Assembly (NCBI RefSeq): GCF_003231495.1
Contig: NZ_PQWO01000021.1
Coordinates: 30,420 to 62,419 of the forward strand
DNA from: Acaryochloris thomasi RCC1774
Lineage (GTDB): Bacteria > Cyanobacteriota > Cyanobacteriia > Thermosynechococcales > Thermosynechococcaceae
Reading direction: 5' to 3'
DNA: 32,000 nt
The notes beneath the pieces were generated by a model. It had not been told where the DNA came from, searched no databases, and saw only the letters and a program-made list of their open reading frames with translations. The position numbers and the translations under genes were made by a program. Below, in pieces: positions 25,003-32,000 of the stretch. How positions within the stretch are numbered: the stretch's first letter is position 1; the number at the start of each line of letters is the position of its first letter.

Positions 25003-25266
25003 TTAGCGATTATTGAGATCGCGGCTTACCTTAGGTCTGGCCTTATTTACGGTGAGCGCACGTTCCATCAGCTCGATGCCGTTGAGGGCTTTGATTGCAG
25101 AATCTTCTTTAGCACGTTCCATTTCTACGAAGGCAAAGCCTCTAGAGCGACCGGTCTCTCGGTCTTGGGGAATATGAATACCTTTGATGGTTCCATAGTC
25201 TGAAAAGACGTTGTTGATATCTGTTGCAGTGGCCTTAAAAGAAAGGTTGCTGATGTAAATTGACAT
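25003..25266 (-). CDS. rbp: RRM-type RNA-binding protein (cyanobacterial Rbp, no Gly-rich tail)
   Basis: GGAGGA lies 7 nt upstream of ATG 25266. RNP2 is IYISNL and RNP1 is RGFAFVEM. The 87-aa form is chosen over the 120-aa ORF from 25365, whose extension overlaps the predicted box D promoter. Confidence 0.9.
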   Translation of the reverse strand: MSIYISNLSFKATATDINNVFSDYGTIKGIHIPQDRETGRSRGFAFVEMERAKEDSAIKALNGIELMERALTVNKARPKVSRDLNNR

Positions 25267-25351
25267 GGAGTATTCCTCCAAAATGAACGGTATTGCGGCC
25301 ATATGTCTGGCAGCGATAGAAATTTGGGCGATGCCTACTGTCTTTTCTAAG

Positions 25352-25384
25352 AGCCTATGGCTCACTCATGAGGAAGTTGTGAGG
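25352..25384 (-). promoter_or_regulatory. Box D: CCTCACAACTTCCTCA, 11-nt spacer, then TAGGCT
   Basis: Reverse complement of 25369-25384 matches the consensus exactly. Reverse complement of 25352-25357 is TAGGCT. It lies 86 nt upstream of the rbp ATG. Confidence 0.6.
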
Positions 25385-25583
25385 AAAGTGAGCGATGTCG
25401 TTGATTTCTTAGAATGCAAAGTCCAGGGGCATTAAAGCTCTTGTATATTTGGCATCAACATCCGTTTTGTTGAATTATTCGTCACCAATACTGGGAATAT
25501 ACAAGCGGAAAACGGGTATACAATTCAGGGGGAGCAATAACTGTCACGACTGACCTTGAAGGGGGCTGGCAGGTTGCCTAACG

Positions 25584-25598
25584 ATATTTACTAAATAT
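25584..25598. promoter_or_regulatory. Perfect 7-1-7 palindrome ATATTTA-C-TAAATAT, with a third ATATTTA copy at 25614-25620
   Basis: Seen directly in the sequence, about 100 nt upstream of the histidine kinase ATG (25700). It is a possible operator but it is AT-rich, so specificity is uncertain. Confidence 0.25.
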
Positions 25599-25699
25599 TT
25601 AGCGTAAAACCACATATTTAGACTTCTAGCCGTTCTTGGTTTCTTCACAACTGCCAATCATACTTTTAGGCTCCCGCTTTTCCTCACTGTTCGGTAATA

Positions 25700-28600
25700 A
25701 TGCAGCAAATCCTAACTGTCTCGTTAGAGCAGGCGCTTGACCGCTCTCCTCTAGTGGTTTCGCCTCATACACCGCTGGCAGACGTTATCGACCTAATGAG
25801 TCAGGCGTCGAGTCGTCATCAAACCCGAATCCAAGAAACGGTTGCTTCTGACCTTGAACCGATGACAGAGCGGCAGACCAGTTGTGCGCTCGTACTGGAC
25901 CATTCTCGACTGGTGGGCATTCTTACTGAACGAGATATTGTCAGACTGATTGCCGACTATAGATCGCTAGCAGATCTCACCGTTGCTGATGTGATGACGC
26001 GGGAGGTCTTTACCCTACAGCTTGCGGATGATCTGGATGTTTTTGCGGTTTTAGACCGAATGCGGCGGCATCAGATTCGGCATTTGCCGGTTGTGGATCA
26101 GCAAGGAGAGGTTCTGGGACTGCTGACGCCGAGAAGTTTACGGAATCTGCTGCAGCCTGCTGATGTCATGAGATTTCGGAAGGTTCATGAGGTGATGAAC
26201 TTAAATGTGATTCACGCTGTACCAACTTGCTCAGTGCATCAGATCACTCAAATGATGGTGCAGCATCGAGTAAGCTGCGTCGTGATTATAGAGTCAGAAG
26301 GATCGTCCGATTCACTTCGCCCAGTGGGAATCGTGACTGAGCGAGACATTGTTCAGTTCCAGCGACTGGGGCTGAATCTAGTGCAAACTCAGGCTGAGGA
26401 AGTCATGAGTACGCCCCTTTCTTTGGTGCGTCCAGAGGATTCTCTATGGACGGTGCATCAAATGATGCAGCATCACAGAGTCCGGCGGCTCGTGGTGGCG
26501 AATGAACAGGACATGTTGCAGGGGATCGTGACCCAGAGTAATCTGCTACCGATGGACCCGGCGGAGATGTATGAGATGCTAAATCTGCTTCAGCAACAGG
26601 TCTGTCAGTTAGAGATTCAAAACCGTGATCTGCTCCAACAACGAAATCAGGAATTAGAGCAGGTGGTTGAAGAGCGAACCGCTAAGCTGCAGCGTCGTGA
26701 ACAAATACTTAAGAGCTTGGCGCTGGAGGTGTCGGCAGACACGGGTGAAGACTTTTTGAGATCGCAACTCCCCCAGCTCACCGAAGCCCTGCAGGTCGAT
26801 TACGCCCACATCGGTCGGCTTTGCGATGACGGCAGCATTCAAACCCTTGCAGCGTTTGGTAATGGGCAAATTCAACCCAATTTTGAATACGCTTTAGCGG
26901 GGACACCCTGCGAGGATGTGATTACTCAAAAAGCCTGTATTCATCACCAGGGGGTACAAGCTCTGTTCCCCGACGATCCAATGCTTCGGGATGATCAAAT
27001 TGAAGGGTACTTCGGTACCCCGCTACTCAACACAGCGGGCCAGGTGATGGGACTCATTGTGGCGTTAAGCCGTCAGCCCCAGTCAGATTTGGACCTGATA
27101 GAGGAGGGACTGACAGCCTTTGCGATTTGGACTAGTGCTGAGCTAGAGCGCCAAGAGGCCGAAAGCGAACGTCAGCGCTTTTTCACATTGTCCTTAGATC
27201 TGCTTTGTGTGGCAGGTTTAGATGGCTATTTCAAACAGATAAACCCAGCCTTTGAGCGCATTTTGGGCTATTCAGACGCAGAACTGATGGCTGAGCCTTT
27301 TCTTGATTTTGTTCATCCTGACGATAGAGCAGCAACGCTACAGGAAATGGAACAGCTAGGGAGCGGTGTTGACACCATCGCCTTTGAGAATCGGTACCGC
27401 TGTCAAGACGGCTCCTATCGCTGGTTTCTTTGGAATACCACGCCTGATCTAGAACAGAAACTCCTCTATGCCACCGCCCGCGATATCACCGATCGCAAGC
27501 AGATGGAACAGTCACTAGTTCAGAAGGCTAAGCAACAGGCGACCGTGGCTAAATTGGGGCAGTTGGCCTTGGCTTCTAAAGATCTCGATCAGTTGATGGA
27601 CGAAGTGGTAGTTGAGATCGCATCCACTCTAGACGTTGAGTACTGCAAAGTTCTGAAACTTCTACCGGATGGAGAATCGATGCTCCTGAAGGCCGGTGTG
27701 GGCTGGCAAGCAGGGTTAGTAGGGCAGGCGGTGATCGGCACAGATGCAGACTCCCAAGCGGGCTACACGCTACGGAGTGACCATCCGGTGATTGTTGCAA
27801 ATCTGCAGACCGAAACCCGGTTTAGCGGTCCCCCTCTACTGATCAAACACAATGTGATCAGCGGCATGAGCGTGATTGTTCAAGGTCAGCACAAAATCTA
27901 CGGCGTGATCGGCGCTCACACAGTCAAGCACCGTCTCTTTAGTCAAAATGACATTGATTTCTTGCAGTCCGTGGCGAATTTGTTGTCTCAGACCCTTGAG
28001 CGGGTGCAAGCCGATCAGATTGTTCGGCAAAGTGAAGCAAACTATCGTACCCTGACCGAGAATCTGCCGGGGATCGTCTATCGGGTGTTTCCTGAAGAGC
28101 AACACGGGATGGTATTTCTCAACAATCAGTGTCAGACGCTGACGGGGTACAGCACTGAAGAATTATCGAGCGGTGAAGTTTGTTCCATCGATCCGCTGAT
28201 CGTGCCAGAAGATCGGCCCCATGTCATTGCCACCGTAAAAAAGGCAGTTGCTCATCAGATGCCGTTCTTGGTCGAGTACCGCATCAAGGATCGTGCTGAC
28301 AACATCCGCTATTTTTGGGAAAAGGGACAGCCGATCCCTGCGAGAGAGAGTCAGCCCCCTTACATTGATGGCGTCATTTTTGATGTGACAGAGCGAAAGC
28401 AGGCAGAACTGGCTCAACTCGAAAGCCAAGAGCGTCTCAATAGCATTCTTAGTTCTCTCCAGGATGCGATCTGGTCTATAGCGTCAGATACCTCTGAGGT
28501 GCTGTATCTCAGCCCTGCCGCCGAAACCATTTATGATCGTCCGAGGACTGAGTTTTATGAAACATCAAAACTTTGGGAGCAGGTGGTTCATCCTGAGGAT

Positions 28601-30298
28601 CGAGATCGATTCAAAGACTCTGATCAAGTCTTGCGAGAGACCGGCAGCGCTGAATGTGAGTATCGGATCGTTCGACCAGATGGGACGGTTCGCTGGCTCA
28701 GGGAAAGAGCCAAGGTGATCTATGACGCAGATGGGGGTCCAATACGGATGGATGGTGTGGTTACAGACATCACCGATCGCAAACAGGCCCAACTCCAGGT
28801 TCGAGAACAGGCTGCCCTTCTGGATGTTGCCACGGATGCCATTTTAGTTCGGTCCATGGACGACGAGATCAAGTTCTGGAATCAAGGTGCGACAAAAATT
28901 TACGGTTGGACTGAGGAAGAAGCCCTTGGACAAAATGCCAACCAATTGTTATATTCCGAGACTGTTGACGGAGAAGAATTGATTCAGGCTGATTTGCAGC
29001 GATTGGGTAGCTGGCAAGGCGAACGCAAACAAGTGACGAAAGTGGGTCAAGAGATCACCGTCATGAGTCGATGGACCCTCGTGCAAGACGATCAAGAAAA
29101 CCCCAGATTCATCCTGACCGTCAATACCGATATCACCACGCAAAAGCAGCTCGAAGCCCAGTTTTTGCGTGCCCAGCGTCTAGAGAGTATCGGCACCCTC
29201 GCCAGCGGTATTGCCCACGACCTCAACAATATTTTGACCCCTATCTATGGTGTGGCCCAACTTTTACCGCTGCTGCTGCCCAATGCCAGCGAGCAGATTC
29301 AGCATCAGTTTGAGATTATTCAAAAAAGCTCTAAGCGGGGCACCGATATTATTGAGCAGGTGCTCTCTTTTTCGAGAGGGGCTGAAGGCGATCGCACTGC
29401 CCTCAATGTCAAACATTTAATCTCAGAAATTAGAACTTTCGTCCACCGCACCTTCCCGAAGTCTCTAGAGATGTCGGTCAATATTGCGGACGAACTCTGG
29501 TCTGTTAAAGGGGATGCAACCCAGCTCTATCAGGTGTTGATGAATCTGTTTGTCAATGCCCGTGATGCGATGCCTGAGGGGGGCACTTTAACCGTAACGG
29601 CTCAGAATCTCAATATGGATCAGGCGTTGGCAACAGGCCATATTGAGGCTCAGGTCGGAGCCTACATTAAAGTCACCGTTGCTGATACAGGGATCGGCAT
29701 CCCCATCGAGCAGCAGGAACACATCTTCGAGCCATTTTTCTCGACTAAACAAGCGACGGGAGGGACAGGCTTGGGCCTCTCCACGGTCTACAGCATTATT
29801 CAAAGCCACGGTGGATTCATCACCGTGGACAGCAAGGTGAACAAAGGAACTCTATTCAGTGTGTATCTGCCTGCAATTGAAGCTGAAGAAGGGATTGAAG
29901 CAGAGGCAACGAACCTGCCGTCGGGGAAAGGGGAGCTGATTTTGGTGGTGGATGATGAGGCTCCGATTCGAGACGTGACTCGAAGTGTTTTAGAGCAGTA
30001 TAACTACCGGGCGTTGGTCGCGGCAGATGGGGTGGATGCGATCGCTCAGTATGCCGAACACAAAACAGAAATCAATGTTGTTCTGATGGATATGAACATG
30101 CCTGCTTTAGATGGGGCAACAACCATCCGCACGATGCAGAAAATCAATCCTCAACTTCGCGTCATTATTGTGAGTGGTTCGCCCATCGATGAACAGATCA
30201 CCGTATCCATTGGAGAGAGCATCAAAGGCTTGCTACAGAAACCATATTCCGCTGAAGCGCTGCTACAAACATTACAGGGTGTGCTAGAGGCCAAATGA
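25700..30298 (+). CDS. Multi-sensor hybrid histidine kinase: 4 CBS, coiled coil, GAF, PAS, GAF, 3 PAS, HisKA, HATPase_c, REC
   Basis: 1532 aa. The N-terminal CBS pairs carry HQIRHLPVVD and HRVRRLVVAN. PAS-end linkers recur (DITDRKQ, DVTERKQ, DITDRKQ, DITTQKQ). The H-box is SGIAHDLNNIL (His codon 1173 at 29216). N/G boxes include NLFVNARDAM and GGTGLGLS. The REC domain has VVDDE...VLMDMNMPALDG (Asp codon 1464 at 30089). Confidence 0.9.
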   Translation: MQQILTVSLEQALDRSPLVVSPHTPLADVIDLMSQASSRHQTRIQETVASDLEPMTERQTSCALVLDHSRLVGILTERDIVRLIADYRSLADLTVADVMTREVFTLQLADDLDVFAVLDRMRRHQIRHLPVVDQQGEVLGLLTPRSLRNLLQPADVMRFRKVHEVMNLNVIHAVPTCSVHQITQMMVQHRVSCVVIIESEGSSDSLRPVGIVTERDIVQFQRLGLNLVQTQAEEVMSTPLSLVRPEDSLWTVHQMMQHHRVRRLVVANEQDMLQGIVTQSNLLPMDPAEMYEMLNLLQQQVCQLEIQNRDLLQQRNQELEQVVEERTAKLQRREQILKSLALEVSADTGEDFLRSQLPQLTEALQVDYAHIGRLCDDGSIQTLAAFGNGQIQPNFEYALAGTPCEDVITQKACIHHQGVQALFPDDPMLRDDQIEGYFGTPLLNTAGQVMGLIVALSRQPQSDLDLIEEGLTAFAIWTSAELERQEAESERQRFFTLSLDLLCVAGLDGYFKQINPAFERILGYSDAELMAEPFLDFVHPDDRAATLQEMEQLGSGVDTIAFENRYRCQDGSYRWFLWNTTPDLEQKLLYATARDITDRKQMEQSLVQKAKQQATVAKLGQLALASKDLDQLMDEVVVEIASTLDVEYCKVLKLLPDGESMLLKAGVGWQAGLVGQAVIGTDADSQAGYTLRSDHPVIVANLQTETRFSGPPLLIKHNVISGMSVIVQGQHKIYGVIGAHTVKHRLFSQNDIDFLQSVANLLSQTLERVQADQIVRQSEANYRTLTENLPGIVYRVFPEEQHGMVFLNNQCQTLTGYSTEELSSGEVCSIDPLIVPEDRPHVIATVKKAVAHQMPFLVEYRIKDRADNIRYFWEKGQPIPARESQPPYIDGVIFDVTERKQAELAQLESQERLNSILSSLQDAIWSIASDTSEVLYLSPAAETIYDRPRTEFYETSKLWEQVVHPEDRDRFKDSDQVLRETGSAECEYRIVRPDGTVRWLRERAKVIYDADGGPIRMDGVVTDITDRKQAQLQVREQAALLDVATDAILVRSMDDEIKFWNQGATKIYGWTEEEALGQNANQLLYSETVDGEELIQADLQRLGSWQGERKQVTKVGQEITVMSRWTLVQDDQENPRFILTVNTDITTQKQLEAQFLRAQRLESIGTLASGIAHDLNNILTPIYGVAQLLPLLLPNASEQIQHQFEIIQKSSKRGTDIIEQVLSFSRGAEGDRTALNVKHLISEIRTFVHRTFPKSLEMSVNIADELWSVKGDATQLYQVLMNLFVNARDAMPEGGTLTVTAQNLNMDQALATGHIEAQVGAYIKVTVADTGIGIPIEQQEHIFEPFFSTKQATGGTGLGLSTVYSIIQSHGGFITVDSKVNKGTLFSVYLPAIEAEEGIEAEATNLPSGKGELILVVDDEAPIRDVTRSVLEQYNYRALVAADGVDAIAQYAEHKTEINVVLMDMNMPALDGATTIRTMQKINPQLRVIIVSGSPIDEQITVSIGESIKGLLQKPYSAEALLQTLQGVLEAK

Positions 30299-30514
30299 GT
30301 GCATTACTAACGAGGAACAGCAGTCAACCAACGAAAAACTCCAAACGATGGGCATAGAGATTCAAGCTTTTTTGTCTAAACCACACAGGGCTTAAACACA
30401 ATTCCATACTCTACAGAGCGTTCTCAATGGTACTCAATATCCTCCAAGATAGGGGGGGATGAGTTCCTTTTTTGGAGGATAAGTGCAAGGATATTATTTC
30501 TGCAAGCGGTCTAA

Positions 30515-31048
30515 TCAGTGAAGTCCCCAAGATCGCCAGCGGTGAGGCGTCCCTGTGTTCGCACTTTGACTACAAACCGCCAACGGTTGGCGATCAGCGC
30601 CCTGATATTGGGCACCGTCTAAATGAGTGTTCTCCATGCAAGCGCCCTCGAAATTGACGTTACATAAGTTGGAACCACTAAAATCTACGGCGTCAAGGTT
30701 TGTGCCACCGAGATCTGCTCCCTCTAGATCTGCACTGCGAAGATCAGCCTGCGTCAGATCAGCACCTACCAAAGAGGCACTCCGCAGATCAGCGCCAATT
30801 AAGTTGACATTCTGTAATTTGGCACCGCTCAAGTCTGCTCCTCTGAGATCAGTATTGGTCAAATTGGCTTGATTCAGGTTGGCTCGACTCAAATCGGCAC
30901 CGTTTAAATTGGCACCGCTCAAGTCTGCCTGACTCAAATTGATGCCGCTGAAGGCCAGAGATTCCAGGTTCATTCCATGCAATCTAATCCCAGAAAAATC
31001 TCGATAGCCTTGATTATAATCGTGCAATAGCTTTTGAATAATACTCAT
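30515..31048 (-). CDS. Pentapeptide-repeat protein
   Basis: Contains long tandem A(D/N)LxX repeats (ADLSGANLNGADLSRANLNQANLTNTDLRGADLSGAKL...). Length is 177 aa. Confidence 0.85.
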   Translation of the reverse strand: MSIIQKLLHDYNQGYRDFSGIRLHGMNLESLAFSGINLSQADLSGANLNGADLSRANLNQANLTNTDLRGADLSGAKLQNVNLIGADLRSASLVGADLTQADLRSADLEGADLGGTNLDAVDFSGSNLCNVNFEGACMENTHLDGAQYQGADRQPLAVCSQSANTGTPHRWRSWGLH

Positions 31049-31289
31049 CGTTTTCTCCTGTTACTTACCTTATTAATCTCGTTCTAGCCAATCAAAGATT
31101 AGGGTCAACTGCTCTAAGGTCACTAATCCGTTGAGCTACAGCGAGACTAATAAGGGGTCATAGTTTCGCTGACTTGATTTGGCTGCAACTGTAATGACAG
31201 TGGGCGAGAAATTTAAATCATTTTGCAGAAAGTGATGAAACTGAGGATGGTTTACAAATATCACTGGCCCAGACTGCACTAAGACTTTC

Positions 31290-31322
31290 CTTTTAGCAAA
31301 TAAATTTGTGGAACTTGTGAGG
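31290..31322 (-). promoter_or_regulatory. Box F: CCTCACAAGTTCCACA, 11-nt spacer, then TAAAAG (imperfect -10-like hexamer)
   Basis: Reverse complement of 31307-31322 is CCTCACAAGTTCCACA. The hexamer at the canonical spacing is TAAAAG, which lacks the final T. It lies 242 nt upstream of the pentapeptide gene ATG, inside the doubtful 119-aa ORF. Confidence 0.4.
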
Positions 31323-31666
31323 ATAATCTGGCACTTCGTCACAGGTCTCACAAACTTTTTTCGCAGGTTAGAGATCAGATCAAGACAGCAATACTGCTGC
31401 GAAAGATGCATTTTAGGGAGAGTACTGATGCATGTTTTTTGCCCCTTTGATGGTGTAGCCTGCATCGTGATCAAGCTTCTCGCTTTGGTCCTCATCGTTC
31501 TGCTGTGGTGGATGTATCAATCACCTACTGTTGCCTAAACAGAGTTTCCCATTATCAGTATTCAAAACCAAACGCTCTAAGAGGCCATTTATAAAGCAAA
31601 GCTGAAGTCATCGTAGTGAGCTATCTGTTCATCGTAGATTTTAAGTCTCTTGTTGCTCTGAAACTC

Positions 31667-31876
31667 ATGTCTGCCAAACCCTACGCCACCGACCTCACCG
31701 ATGCAGAGTGGTCTATCTTGTCACCTCTGATTCCTAAAGCTAAAACAGGCGGTCATCCTCGCACAGTCGATATGCGCTTGGTTTGTAATGCCATTTACTA
31801 TCAACTCAAAACCGGCTGTCAGTGGCACCTGCTTCCCCATGATTTTCCGCCTAGCTCAACGGTCTATTTCTACTAT
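31667..31876 (+). pseudogene. IS5-family (DUF4096-type) transposase, N-terminal fragment only
   Basis: [70 protein letters not shown] matches the conserved N-terminal HTH region of IS5/IS4-type transposases. Homology stops abruptly at about 31876 (then SGS and a stop). Confidence 0.75.
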
Positions 31877-31884
31877 AGCGGTTC

Positions 31885-32000
31885 CTAGGCTGCTGAGGTG
31901 CAGTAACAGCAATGAGTAAACCATCCTTGAAGGTCATCTAGCGACACTTTAGAGAACGCATCTTCAATGGCTTTTGCGAGGTCAGTGTAAGTTCTGGCAC
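31885..32000 (-). mobile_element. C-terminal end of an IS630-family-like DDE transposase (partial, runs off the window)
   Basis: The minus-strand frame reads ...ARTYTDLAKAIEDAFSKVSLDDLQGWFTHCCYCTSAA, with its stop at 31885-31887. The ...WF.HC.Y tail resembles cyanobacterial IS630-type transposases, an assignment made from memory. It abuts the truncated IS5-type ORF at a TATA sequence (31874-31877). Confidence 0.55.

Noticed and set aside
25267-25365. N-terminal extension giving a 120-aa Rbp
   Set aside because: RRM homology begins at MSIYISNL, GGAGGA precedes that ATG, and the extension overlaps the predicted box D promoter and TSS.
224-25384. Reading the boxes on the opposite strand as ECF-sigma -35 elements (GGAACTT / GGAAGTT)
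   Set aside because: No conserved -10-like element (CGTC or TCAAA type) appears 16-17 nt downstream on that strand at sites A-D. That orientation would also be antisense to all neighbouring genes, whereas the sense orientation gives TAnnnT at a fixed spacing in 7 of 8 sites.
26395-26410. Box-like sequence TGAGGAAGTCATGAGT inside the histidine kinase coding region
   Set aside because: It has several mismatches, is antisense to the gene it lies in, and the hexamer at the canonical 11-nt spacing is CACTAG rather than TAnnnT. It is treated as a chance partial match.
30439-30480. 9-bp inverted repeat ATCCTCCAA...TTGGAGGAT between the convergent kinase and pentapeptide genes, considered as a bidirectional terminator
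   Set aside because: The loop is 24 nt and there is no U-tract after the stem on either strand. This is too weak to call a terminator, and it also does not align with the box motif.
31136-31495. 119-aa minus-strand ORF and the overlapping 76-aa plus-strand ORF (31308-31538)
   Set aside because: Composition is not protein-like (Lys/Ser/Thr/Gln-rich, with many rare-looking runs) and there is no homology. The region contains box F, so it is more likely the upstream or leader region of the pentapeptide-repeat gene.
1-32000. CRISPR arrays, rRNA or tRNA genes, and recognisable defence-system genes
   Set aside because: No regularly spaced direct repeats, no rRNA- or tRNA-like conserved blocks, and no nuclease, helicase or ATPase defence-type ORFs were seen in any frame.

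Overview
The window looks like cyanobacterial chromosome. I counted about 23 copies of the HIP1 palindrome GCGATCGC by eye, and the gene set fits: PTOX, an RRM-type Rbp, a group-2-like sigma factor, a pentapeptide-repeat protein and GlgP. About 30 genes can be supported. They are, in order:
- a cNMP-binding protein
- a Tat-signal nitroreductase-family protein and a YeaR/DUF1971-like protein
- an ornithine-cyclodeaminase/mu-crystallin gene, divergent from a translationally coupled three-gene 2Fe-2S/FAD oxidoreductase operon (HcnABC / D-hydroxyproline dehydrogenase / flavin opine dehydrogenase type)
- a decayed GNAT gene
- PTOX
- a P-type cation ATPase
- a CCA-adding-type nucleotidyltransferase
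- a sigma-70 factor
- glycogen phosphorylase
- secreted, TPR and beta-barrel-like proteins
- a co-directional block on the minus strand: rbp, a WecB/TagA-family glycosyltransferase, a bitopic coiled-coil protein, a divergent MreB-like ATPase and a CopD-like membrane protein
- a 1532-aa CBS/GAF/PAS hybrid histidine kinase
- a pentapeptide-repeat protein
- an IS5-type transposase fragment that appears to be interrupted by an IS630-type element at the window edge

I saw no rRNA, tRNA or CRISPR array.

The strongest signal not explained by the genes is a 16-nt box, CCTCACAAsTTCCTCA, made of two CCTCA pentamers 11 nt apart. It occurs at eight intergenic sites, always in the direction of the next gene. 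In seven of the eight sites a TAnnnT hexamer follows after exactly 11 nt. This looks like a dedicated promoter class or regulon. The box does not match any cyanobacterial operator consensus I can recall. No regulator can be assigned from the sequence alone.
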